Source: Minisyncoccota bacterium
GTDB taxonomy: Bacteria > Patescibacteriota > Minisyncoccia > Phycocordibacterales > PALSA-1337
DNA: 59,823 nt
NCBI GenBank assembly: GCA_041665325.1
Contig: JBAYJB010000001.1
Location: 1 to 59,823, forward strand
Direction: 5' to 3'
Shown here: positions 1 to 8,555 of the stretch, in pieces
Numbering within the stretch: position 1 is the stretch's first letter
How the letters are laid out: every line of letters begins with the position of its first letter
Position numbers and translations under genes: made by a program
Notes under the pieces: generated by a model
The model's input: only the letters and a program-made list of their open reading frames with translations
What the model was told of the DNA's origin: nothing
Database searches by the model: none

Positions 1-219
1 ACCCTCGGCTCTACCGGCGCAGATGTCAAAGCCCTGCAAGTATTCCTCAACACGAAGGGCTTTACCGTAGCTCAGATCGGTCCGGGTTCCAAGGGGCAGG
101 AGACCAGCTTCTTCGGCCCCGCTACTATGAGAGCCCTCGCGCAGTTCCAGGCCACACGGGGCATCTTCCCGGCTCAAGGATATTTCGGGCCGAAGACGAG
201 GGCGGCTGTCGGAAAGTAG
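1..219 (+). CDS. 3' end of a peptidoglycan-binding-domain protein (5' end lies outside the window)
   Basis: Frame 1 is open from base 1 to TAG at 217-219. The translation GADVKALQVFLNTKGF...FGPATMRALAQFQATRGI...GYFGPKTRAAV fits the PG_binding_1 repeat pattern. Confidence 0.6.
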   Translation, partial: TLGSTGADVKALQVFLNTKGFTVAQIGPGSKGQETSFFGPATMRALAQFQATRGIFPAQGYFGPKTRAAVGK

Positions 220-255
220 TGCTATTGGCATTTTTCACTAGGATTTTAATGTTTC

Positions 256-332
256 TTCATCATTCCTTGAACTTTTCTTCATGGGAATTTGAATCTTTTT
301 TGAAGGAGATTTGAACCTCTGCCTGATATGCT
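256..332 (+). promoter_or_regulatory. Phased 11-bp hexamer array, copy A, facing pilB, plus a -10-like hexamer
   Basis: Hexamers TTCATC 256, TTGAAC 267, TTCATG 278, TTGAAT 289, TTGAAG 300, TTGAAC 311, spaced exactly 11 bp. Then N10, TATGCT 327-332, N6, ATG 339. This is the reverse complement of the arrays at 29139 and 36024. Confidence 0.55.
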
Positions 333-338
333 CTCGGC

Positions 339-1472
339 ATGAGTGAAATAAGGAAGAGAAAACAAGCGATCTTTCCGAGCAACCCGGCTTCCGCGGTGGA
401 GGCGGTCGATGGGGTGCTCGGGTATGCGGCGGGATTGCAGGCCTCAGATGTCCATATCGATCCGCGGAGACAGGATATCCTCGTGCGCCATCGAGTCGAC
501 GGAGAACTAGAGCTCGCCGGGACGCTTCCCAGGCATATCCATGAGGAGGTCGTGGCACGTCTCAAGATCCTTTCCGGAGCTCGTACCGATATCCACACTG
601 TACCGCAAGACGGCCGATGGCGCGCAGTTCTCGGAGATCAGACTTACAATATCCGTATTTCATTCATGCCGACATACCAGGGCGAGAATGCCGTGGTCCG
701 CTTCCTACCCGCCGAAGTGGCCGGGCAAGATTCTTTCGCGGCTCTCGGGTTCACGCCTGACCATGTGGTCAGCTTGAGCAACTCGCTAGCCAAGCCCAAC
801 GGCCTCATCCTGGTCACGGGACCGACCGGTTCGGGCAAGACGACCACTCTACGCATCTGCCTCGGCCTCAAGTCGGCTCAACCGCTGTCGGTCATGACCC
901 TTGAGGATCCAGTAGAATACGAAGTCCCGGGCGTGAGGCACGTCCATATCCGGGCCAGTCACGGCGTGTCGTTCGCCTCCGGCCTGCGCGCGGCTCTGCG
1001 TCAGGACCCCGATGTCATCATGGTCGGCGAGATCCGCGACCTCGAGACGGCCCGGACGGCCATGCATACGGCGATGACGGGACATCTGGTTCTCTCGACC
1101 TTGCATACGCGTTCGGCTCTCGAGACCATCTTACGGCTGTCGGATATGGGCATCGAGCGATACCTGATCGCCGCGACCCTGCGTCTCATCGTCAGTCAGC
1201 GTTTGGTCAGGACCGTCTGTCGCGATTGTGGCGGCGCCGGGGACGATTGTGCGGCCTGTCGGGGCTCGGGATTCCACGGCCGTTCAGTCATCGCCGAGAT
1301 CCTGTCTCTCGATGACGAGCTTAGAGATGCTATTTCGAGAGGCGATTCGCTATCAGCTGTCACCATCCTCGCCAGATCAAAGGGTTTTCGGACCATGGAG
1401 GAAGACGCGAGCGAGAAGGTCGACTGGGGAGTGACCACGAACGAAGAGATCGGGAAGGCTCTCTGCCCATAA
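339..1472 (+). CDS. pilB: Type IV pilus / type II secretion assembly ATPase (GspE/PilB family, short form)
   Basis: Walker A GPTGSGKTT, EDPVEY, Walker B DPDVIMVGEIRD, His box TGHLVLSTLHT, C-terminal Cys cluster CRDCGG..CAACRGSG. Confidence 0.9.
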   Translation: MSEIRKRKQAIFPSNPASAVEAVDGVLGYAAGLQASDVHIDPRRQDILVRHRVDGELELAGTLPRHIHEEVVARLKILSGARTDIHTVPQDGRWRAVLGDQTYNIRISFMPTYQGENAVVRFLPAEVAGQDSFAALGFTPDHVVSLSNSLAKPNGLILVTGPTGSGKTTTLRICLGLKSAQPLSVMTLEDPVEYEVPGVRHVHIRASHGVSFASGLRAALRQDPDVIMVGEIRDLETARTAMHTAMTGHLVLSTLHTRSALETILRLSDMGIERYLIAATLRLIVSQRLVRTVCRDCGGAGDDCAACRGSGFHGRSVIAEILSLDDELRDAISRGDSLSAVTILARSKGFRTMEEDASEKVDWGVTTNEEIGKALCP

Positions 1473-1476
1473 GCTC

Positions 1477-2520
1477 ATGTCGCTCAGATCTCATTGGAAC
1501 CGCAGGAGCAAGCTTATCTTCATGGAACAGCTGGAGATGTATGTCTCTTCCGGTCTACCCATCGTGAAGGCGCTGTCCGTGATCGGCGAGAGGATGCCGC
1601 GCAGGCAGAGAGAGCCGCTCGAGAGAGCGGGGAAGGCGATCGAGTCAGGCCAGCTCCTCTCGGCCTCTTTGTTGCGGGAGATCAAGCTTCCGCCAGCGAT
1701 CGTCGGCCTGATTGCTTCCGGAGAATCATCCGGTAATCTGGCCGAAACTCTTCGTTCCGGGCACGCGCTGCTCGCGCGCGAAGATGAGCTCTTCAAGAAG
1801 TGCTCCGGAGCTATGGTCTACCCGCTCGTCATTGGCCTGGCAACGGCCGCGCTCACTATCGGCCTGGTCAGGGGCATCATGCCGCAGATCATCCCTCTCC
1901 TTTCGAGCCTCCACAGCGATCTTCCGATCATGACTAGGATAGTCTTGGGTGCTTCAAGCGCCCTCACGGCCTACGGCCTCTATGGGGCAGTCGGATCTTT
2001 GCTTGCGGGCATCGTGTTCGCCGGCGCATACAGGAAGATCTTGTCTCTGCGAGGATTCGTCCACCTATGCGCCGCGAGAATTCCGGTCGTCGGCGGAGTT
2101 CTGACCGATTACCATCTAGCGCTCTTCTTCCAGTCTCTGGGAGCCTCTGTCGAGTCCGGGATACCGTTAGATGCCGCCTTCGACCGGACGGCTGCCACGA
2201 TCAGCCTCTTACCGCTGCGCCGCAAGCTCGGAGCTCTGACTCCGGCCATCGGACGCGGCGAAGCTGTGAGCCGGCTGTGCGCCCGGGTCATGCCGCCGTA
2301 TGTGACCGCGCTCATCGCCGCGGGCGAAGCTTCCGGCAATCTTGGCGGGGTCTTCTTGCGGGTGGCGGGGCTCATCGATCGTGAGCTCGACCACCTCCTG
2401 AAGCGCCTGACCGCTCTGATCGAGCCGCTCATGATGATCGGGATGGGGATGATCGTCGGCTCGATCGCTCTATCCATCATGATGCCGATATATGATATCT
2501 CGAAAGCTATCCAGAGATAG
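1477..2520 (+). CDS. pilC: Type IV pilus platform protein (GspF/PilC family)
   Basis: 347 aa polytopic membrane protein with two T2SSF-like repeats (GESSGNL / GEASGNL), immediately downstream of pilB. Confidence 0.88.
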   Translation: MSLRSHWNRRSKLIFMEQLEMYVSSGLPIVKALSVIGERMPRRQREPLERAGKAIESGQLLSASLLREIKLPPAIVGLIASGESSGNLAETLRSGHALLAREDELFKKCSGAMVYPLVIGLATAALTIGLVRGIMPQIIPLLSSLHSDLPIMTRIVLGASSALTAYGLYGAVGSLLAGIVFAGAYRKILSLRGFVHLCAARIPVVGGVLTDYHLALFFQSLGASVESGIPLDAAFDRTAATISLLPLRRKLGALTPAIGRGEAVSRLCARVMPPYVTALIAAGEASGNLGGVFLRVAGLIDRELDHLLKRLTALIEPLMMIGMGMIVGSIALSIMMPIYDISKAIQR

Positions 2521-2530
2521 CCGGTCCGGC

Positions 2531-3952
2531 ATGATCGCAGTCGACGCTCTCCTGGCCTTAGTCCTTGCGGCCGTATTCGTGTCTGGCATCACGGCGGCGA
2601 CGCTCGAAGCCAGGCAGATGTTCGACCGGGCACGAGATCGATCGGCGCTGATCGCAGCGTATGCGGAGCATCGGGCTGATTTCGACGGGCTCCTGCCGTA
2701 TGAGACTCGGTCGAAGCATTACTTGATCGGCTCTACCACTGAAGCGATCACCATCGAAGCTAGGACGACATGGTACGGCAATGACCGGATCGAAACACAT
2801 GTGAGCGCCGCCTATCGTGGTCGGTCTGTTACATTCCGCACAGTCAAGAATTACCCGTTCCAGGATATAAGCGAGTCTGCTGGTACGCCGCTCTGCACAG
2901 TAGATATGTCGGATGATCAGACAGTGAGTCCCTCCATCGCTATCATTCCCGTCGCATTGCCGATAGACCCGCTATTGCCTCTCATCGACATTGAAGTCAG
3001 GAATGGTATCGCTTATATCTCGATCGATTCGACTGTTGCATCAGATCCGGATTTCATCGTCGTCGATATCAAGGATCCAAAACAGCCAAATCTGCTGTCA
3101 TCGGTAAACACCGGGCCGGGATTGACAGCCTTCGCCCTCGCCGGGAAATATGTGTTTGCGGCGGCTGCGAGCACTGCGGCCCAACTGCATGTGATCCGCC
3201 TAGATAGTCTCACATCTACGGTTTTAGCCAAGAAGTATAAATTACCATTGCCCGAGGCCAGTACTACGCCACCCACAGGCAGTACGATATTCTACGACAA
3301 GGGCAAGATCTATCTCGGCACCGGAAAATGGGATGGGGAAGAGCTGTCGATCCTAGATGTTTCGAATCCGGAAGGGCCGATCATGGTCGACGGGTTCGAG
3401 ACGGGCAGCAAGGTCAATGATGTCATCGTACGCGCTGGCATCGCATATTTGGCTGCATCTGACTCGAGCCAACTACGTTCCATAGACATAAGAGATGCTG
3501 GTTACCCGTTGCTCCTAGAAACATTTAGCCCATCTGGTTCAGATAGACAAGAAGGGAAGGTGTTGGTTTATTTCGAGGATGGTCTGCATCTTGGACGAAC
3601 ATCGGGTGGATTCAACATCAAGGCCGATCACGAATTGTTCCGGTTCCCGAGCTCCTCATCCACACCGAGCGCATATGAGCCAAATCGGCCGCCCGATATC
3701 GCGCAATCCGAAAATTCGCGCGATATTCCTGGTGGAGTATACGGCATCATTGCCAGCCGTTCGCATGTCTATGTAGCGACACGGAATATTGATCGCGAAT
3801 TAACTATCCTTAGCGTATCACTATCGTCTACTACGGCCTCGTACTATCCGTTACCAGTCGCTCCACAAGCGATGACCTGTGACTTAGACCACCTGTATAT
3901 TCTCGCCAAAACAGCGCCTGTCATATATGAAGTCGATCTCAAAAAACAATAA
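2531..3952 (+). CDS. Membrane-anchored beta-propeller-like protein with LVIVD-type repeats
   Basis: The ORF track starts at 2492. ATG 2531 lies after the pilC stop. It has an N-terminal hydrophobic helix and recurring motifs: FIVVDIKDPKQPNLL, LSILDVSNPEGPIMV, LRSIDIRDAGYPLLL. Confidence 0.55.
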   Translation: MIAVDALLALVLAAVFVSGITAATLEARQMFDRARDRSALIAAYAEHRADFDGLLPYETRSKHYLIGSTTEAITIEARTTWYGNDRIETHVSAAYRGRSVTFRTVKNYPFQDISESAGTPLCTVDMSDDQTVSPSIAIIPVALPIDPLLPLIDIEVRNGIAYISIDSTVASDPDFIVVDIKDPKQPNLLSSVNTGPGLTAFALAGKYVFAAAASTAAQLHVIRLDSLTSTVLAKKYKLPLPEASTTPPTGSTIFYDKGKIYLGTGKWDGEELSILDVSNPEGPIMVDGFETGSKVNDVIVRAGIAYLAASDSSQLRSIDIRDAGYPLLLETFSPSGSDRQEGKVLVYFEDGLHLGRTSGGFNIKADHELFRFPSSSSTPSAYEPNRPPDIAQSENSRDIPGGVYGIIASRSHVYVATRNIDRELTILSVSLSSTTASYYPLPVAPQAMTCDLDHLYILAKTAPVIYEVDLKKQ

Positions 3953-4100
3953 TACCGAGATAGGATTCACCCTGATCGAAATGCTCATATATATCGCTCT
4001 TTTGTCATGCCTCATGAGCGCCTTCGTGCCATATGCCTATACCATCCATGAACAAGACCTCCGCTTGCTCGACGAGATCTATGCCGCGGGAGCTTCCTGA
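3927..4100 (+). CDS. Very small prepilin-type protein (57 aa), absent from the ORF track
   Basis: ATG 3927 to TGA 4098-4100. Translation MKSISKNNNTEIGFTLIEMLIYIALLSCLMSAF... carries the class III signal motif G/FTLIE followed by a hydrophobic helix. It overlaps both neighbouring genes. Confidence 0.6.
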   Translation: MKSISKNNNTEIGFTLIEMLIYIALLSCLMSAFVPYAYTIHEQDLRLLDEIYAAGAS

Positions 4101-4341
4101 ACGGGGGTTCATCGCCGTCGTCGCCATCCTGCTCATCTCCGGCGGTATCGCGGCCCTGTCACTGTCGGTCCTTGGGGCAGCCGTCTCATATTCTGATTCT
4201 GTCTATCGTAGAGAGATGCGCCTACAAGCCAGTCTCGATGATCTGGCCTGTGAAGACACGGCGAAGCTCATAAGAGCCAAGGATGCGTTCGCCTCTGGTA
4301 TTGTCCATCTCGATGAATTCGATTGCGATATCGCCTTATAA
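4081..4341 (+). CDS. Pseudopilin-like small protein (no Glu at +5)
   Basis: Internal ATG 4081 of ORF 4033..4341 gives MPRELPERGFIAVVAILLISGGIAAL, a prepilin-like G/F junction plus hydrophobic helix. It sits in the pilin cluster. Confidence 0.5.
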   Translation: MPRELPERGFIAVVAILLISGGIAALSLSVLGAAVSYSDSVYRREMRLQASLDDLACEDTAKLIRAKDAFASGIVHLDEFDCDIAL

Positions 4342-4363
4342 ATCAAAAACTCATCAAATCATC

Positions 4364-4840
4364 ATGCAAAAATTCCATCTCTGCAAAAAAGGGTTCACTC
4401 TCATCGAGGTCCTGGTCGTCATCGGCATCATCGCGGTGTTGGCTTCGATCGTCCTAGTGGCCGTCAATCCGGCCAGACAGTTCAAACTAGCCCGGGATTC
4501 GCAACGGACCGCTAATGTTAACACCCTGCTGAATGCTATCCATCAGAACATCTCGGAGCACCACGGCTCGTTCGTGTGTGGCGGTTCGATCCGTAATATG
4601 CCCCAGACAGCCATGACCGTGAAGTATGGGGCAGGGTTTCCATCCTATGAAGGAGACATCGCTTCGTGTTTGATCCCCGATTATATATCGACGATGCCGT
4701 TCGATCCCTCGAAGATTGGAGCTCATTATGCGGGCTTGGCCGATTATGATACCGGTTACGAGATCTTCCAAGATGCGAACGGCCGCATCACAGCCAGTTC
4801 GAGCGGGGAATTAACGCCTTCGATATCTGTGACGCGTTGA
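4364..4840 (+). CDS. Type IV pilin (prepilin-type N-terminal cleavage/methylation domain)
   Basis: ATG 4364 gives MQKFHLCKKGFTLIEVLVVIGIIAVLASIVLVAV, the canonical G/FTLIE motif. Confidence 0.85.
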   Translation: MQKFHLCKKGFTLIEVLVVIGIIAVLASIVLVAVNPARQFKLARDSQRTANVNTLLNAIHQNISEHHGSFVCGGSIRNMPQTAMTVKYGAGFPSYEGDIASCLIPDYISTMPFDPSKIGAHYAGLADYDTGYEIFQDANGRITASSSGELTPSISVTR

Positions 4841-4861
4841 GTGTGGTAGAGTTGATGGGTC

Positions 4862-5824
4862 ATGTCTATCTCAAAGTATGTTGGCCTGATAGTCATATAC
4901 TGCCTGATCTTCTGGTCTGCGGTGGCTGTCATGAAAGCGGTTCGTCCGCCATCCGGCCCCGTCCAAACCGCGAGCGTCGCGATGCAGGACGAAGCAGTCC
5001 CACCGGCTGTGGCTATCGATGAGTCGTTCTTCCAGCCAGTCGTGCCGGTTGTGGAGCAGACTATGCCCGAAAAACCCATGAAGCTCCTTGCTGATCAAGT
5101 TGCCGCCGAGGCCTATATCGTGGGGGATATCAGCTCGGGGCGTATCTACCTAGAAAAATCCGCCGACACAGTATTCCCGTTTGCCTCCATGACCAAGCTA
5201 GTTACGGCCATCACGGCTACCAATATGCACAAGCCGGATGACCTTATAGAGGTATCCCAAAAGGACATAGAAGTCTCCTCTGATACCGCTGGACTTATCG
5301 CCGGCGAGAAGTTCACCGTGAATGAGCTTCTGTATCCCTTATTACTCGAATCATCGAACGTGGCCGCCGAAGCTCTGGCTTCAGCGCCCGACCGCCGCCA
5401 TTTCCTGGAGCTTATGTCGAGCTATGGCTGGGAGATCGGCATGCCGAAGTCATTCTTTGAAGATCCTACCGGGTTGAGCCACTACAATGGCGGGACTGCC
5501 AGGGGGTTTTTCGCTATGGCCCGCTATCTGTATTCTGATCGGCAGGATATCCTCTCGATCACTCGCACGCCGCACATATTCATCGCCACTACCACGGATC
5601 ACGGAAGCCACGACCTGACCAATATCCACCCGTTCGTGAATGACCAGAGATTCCTGGGCGGCAAGACCGGACATACGCCCATGGCGCTTGATACGATGCT
5701 GACCATCATGAAGCTCGGCGGCCGACCGATCGCCATCATCGTCCTGCGTTCGCCATACGAAAGGGCGCGCGATACCCGCCTTTTGATTGACAAGGTCAGC
5801 GCACTGCTGACAGATGCTCATTGA
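4862..5824 (+). CDS. D-alanyl-D-alanine carboxypeptidase (serine peptidase S11 / PBP5-like)
   Basis: N-terminal anchor. SxxK (ASMTK), SxN (ESSNV) and KTG (GGKTGHT) motifs appear in the correct order. Confidence 0.85.
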   Translation: MSISKYVGLIVIYCLIFWSAVAVMKAVRPPSGPVQTASVAMQDEAVPPAVAIDESFFQPVVPVVEQTMPEKPMKLLADQVAAEAYIVGDISSGRIYLEKSADTVFPFASMTKLVTAITATNMHKPDDLIEVSQKDIEVSSDTAGLIAGEKFTVNELLYPLLLESSNVAAEALASAPDRRHFLELMSSYGWEIGMPKSFFEDPTGLSHYNGGTARGFFAMARYLYSDRQDILSITRTPHIFIATTTDHGSHDLTNIHPFVNDQRFLGGKTGHTPMALDTMLTIMKLGGRPIAIIVLRSPYERARDTRLLIDKVSALLTDAH

Positions 5825-6579
5825 GCGCTGATCCAGCCCTTGATAAGTGCCTTGGTTTCTTCGGGTCCGCTTACCTGGATGCAGTCGACGCCGGTAGTTT
5901 TGGCCGCGTAATCATTGCCCCCCAGCATCAATTTATCCCCCACAAACAGCATCTTATCAATCGGAATATGCAGGTACTGTTCCAGCTTGTGGATACCATA
6001 GGCCTTGTTGATGCCGCGCCTGGTCACATCGACTGAGTTTTCGCCGCCGACGCGCGAATCAAATCCGGGCAGCAGTTTTCCTAAGATAGCAACGATTTTT
6101 TCACGTTTCTCACGCGTCGGGTCCCAAACTTTCTTTATTTCTAGCGGAGCCTTTTGGCCATTGGCGGAAAATGTGATTTGCGATCCACGATCCTCTATGG
6201 TTGGTCCGTATGTTTTCTCGGGAACCTTGAAATCTACAGTCTTGAGGGTCTGATCTAGAGCCGCAAGGATCTTCCTCTTGTCTTTTTGTGAAAGGTCCTC
6301 GGCATATTCTTCATGCCAATCTCCTCTCCAAAGCATCATCCGCGCACCTGAGGTCGGTAAAATGACCAGGTTGCTGAAGCTCTTTGCTGTTCCCGGCAAA
6401 ATATTTATGAAATCAAGTTGAAACTGATAAAAAGTTCCGCCAGAAATCACCGCGACTCTCTTTTGTTCCAAGAGACGACTAATCAATTCCCCCATATCCG
6501 GTTCCATGCGTGATTTACTCGGCGTCAGTGTCCCGTCGAGATCGAAGACGAAGAGCTCTTTTTTATGGAAATCGATCAT
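5818..6579 (-). CDS. HAD-IIB family phosphatase/phosphomutase (phosphomannomutase-like)
   Basis: ATG 6579 gives MIDFHKKELFVFDLDGTLT (DxDGT motif) and a C-terminal FVGDK..GGNDY. The ORF-track extension to 6702 overlaps the GH130 gene. Confidence 0.7.
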   Translation of the reverse strand: MIDFHKKELFVFDLDGTLTPSKSRMEPDMGELISRLLEQKRVAVISGGTFYQFQLDFINILPGTAKSFSNLVILPTSGARMMLWRGDWHEEYAEDLSQKDKRKILAALDQTLKTVDFKVPEKTYGPTIEDRGSQITFSANGQKAPLEIKKVWDPTREKREKIVAILGKLLPGFDSRVGGENSVDVTRRGINKAYGIHKLEQYLHIPIDKMLFVGDKLMLGGNDYAAKTTGVDCIQVSGPEETKALIKGWISAQ

Positions 6580-6587
6580 ATGCGATA

Positions 6588-8492
6588 TTAGACCTCGAGC
6601 ATCTTGAGTAGGCGTGAGAGTTTGATGGTGGCTACGCCGATGACGCGGTCGCCGGCGCCATAGTAGATGTAGACGGTCCCGCCGCGCAGGGTCGTACCAC
6701 AAGGGAAGACCACATTGGGCACCACGCCCTTGTGCTCGTATTCCTCCTGGGGCTCGAACAGAGGAATAGCCGTGCGGGCCCGCACGATCGTCGGGTCCTC
6801 GAGGTCAAGCAAGACGGCGCCGACGCGGTAGGTCGTGCTCCACGAGACGCCGTGGTAGAGGAGGAGCCAGCCAGCCTTGGTCTTGATCGGCGGCGTCGAG
6901 ATGCCGACCTTGCCGCCGTCCCACATGCCGCGGCGCGGAGCGATGATCTCGATACACTGGTTGACCCGCTCTTTGGTGAAGTCGAGCGTTTTCACGAAGT
7001 CGGCGCAGACGCTCTCGCCGACACGGTGGAAGACCATATAAGCCCCCTTGATCTTCTCCGGCAGGATAGCGGCGTCCTTGTCCGGTACGCCTGCAGGCGT
7101 GATCGCTTCCGGCATAGACCAGGCGCTCCATTTCTTCTTGAGGAAATCCTTGACGGTGATCGAACTCACGGCGACGCGGGGTGTAGATCCATCGTAGCCG
7201 GTGTAGGTCATATATAACATATCATCGATCTCTACGATCCGAGGATCCTCACAGCCGTAATTGTTCTTGGCTCCGTCGCCCCGTATCTCGAAGCTTGCTC
7301 GCGGGAAATAGACGGGTTTGTCCGGTCGTTCGTCGATCGAGAATCCGTCGCTGGATTGAGCATAGCCGATCGTGGACACGTTGCCGTCAGCCACGGCGCG
7401 ATAGAGGATGTGTGTCTTGCCGCCGAGCTCGATAGCGGCCGGATTGATCGTGCCACCAGCTTCCCAGAGTACTCCGGGCCGGGGTGAGATGATCGGATTG
7501 CCCGGGAAACGGGTAGCGTACTTGAGTTCGACTGAAGTGATGCTATTCAGAAGATTATCGAGCGGGATAGTCGCCACAGCTACATATGTATCGGTAGCCC
7601 CATAATATATCTCCAGACGTCCGCCGCGGATGAGCGCGCCGGAAGGGAAGATGGTGTGGGAGACATGCCCGACCTCCTCATAGAAGGCTTCCGGGACCAT
7701 GAATGGCCCCTTGGTTCGGCCGATGATCTGCCGGGGGTTTTTGAGGTCCAAAAGCAGGACCTCGACGCCGAAGACTTGTTCCCTCCGTCCATAGCGTTGG
7801 ATATGGGCATATACGACGAGCCAGCCCTTTTCGGTCTTGATCGGTGCCGCACCAAGTTCGAGATGGTCGTCAGGCAGGCGTCGTACTGAGAGCTTGTGAG
7901 CATCGACATTCTTCTGCCACTCTGCCCAATATTCCTGCGACCACATGTCTTCCGGACGGTCGAATTCGGCATAGCAGATGTCGGAAGGTTTACGATCGGT
8001 GTTGATGGTGAGCAGGGCCGCGTACTTGCCGCCGATCTTCTCGGGGAACATGCCCATGGCCTTGGCATTGAAAGGGGTGACGAGATGCTTCTCGTCGACG
8101 GTCTTGAGGTCTTTGGACAAGGCTACGGCCACTTTGATGTTGTCAGCGCCGAACGGATACCCGCCCAGAGCGGTGTAGAAGATATAGTAGGTGCCGCCCA
8201 TTTTGGTCACCCGAGGATCTTCGCATCCATAGAGATCGAATTCCCGATCAGGCCGTACCAAAGGGCGTCGGTTGTCATAATGGACGCCGTCAGTAGAAGT
8301 GGCGGCGGCGATGACTGAAGTGCTGGCGTGGGATTCCTTGAGGAGGTCGGGCTCGGACTGCGCGCGATAGATCATGTGGATCTTCTTACCATCGATGACC
8401 GGACAGCCGTTGAAGGCAGCGGCCGCCTCGAACGGATGATCCTCGACAGGTGAGAGGATGGGATTGTTTTCTGAACGGGTGACAGTGAACAT
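6588..8492 (-). CDS. Tandem two-domain glycoside hydrolase family 130 protein (mannoside phosphorylase/hydrolase family)
   Basis: Two GH130/DUF377-like halves, each with NPI(L/I)SP...FN..., GCEDPR(V/I) and YYGA(G/T)D motifs, about residues 1-320 and 321-634. Confidence 0.8.
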   Translation of the reverse strand: MFTVTRSENNPILSPVEDHPFEAAAAFNGCPVIDGKKIHMIYRAQSEPDLLKESHASTSVIAAATSTDGVHYDNRRPLVRPDREFDLYGCEDPRVTKMGGTYYIFYTALGGYPFGADNIKVAVALSKDLKTVDEKHLVTPFNAKAMGMFPEKIGGKYAALLTINTDRKPSDICYAEFDRPEDMWSQEYWAEWQKNVDAHKLSVRRLPDDHLELGAAPIKTEKGWLVVYAHIQRYGRREQVFGVEVLLLDLKNPRQIIGRTKGPFMVPEAFYEEVGHVSHTIFPSGALIRGGRLEIYYGATDTYVAVATIPLDNLLNSITSVELKYATRFPGNPIISPRPGVLWEAGGTINPAAIELGGKTHILYRAVADGNVSTIGYAQSSDGFSIDERPDKPVYFPRASFEIRGDGAKNNYGCEDPRIVEIDDMLYMTYTGYDGSTPRVAVSSITVKDFLKKKWSAWSMPEAITPAGVPDKDAAILPEKIKGAYMVFHRVGESVCADFVKTLDFTKERVNQCIEIIAPRRGMWDGGKVGISTPPIKTKAGWLLLYHGVSWSTTYRVGAVLLDLEDPTIVRARTAIPLFEPQEEYEHKGVVPNVVFPCGTTLRGGTVYIYYGAGDRVIGVATIKLSRLLKMLEV

Positions 8493-8555
8493 GATGCGGT
8501 TATTTTAGCATGAATGTGGAGCGGCCGAGGAACATAGAATGGTTCAGAGACGTCA

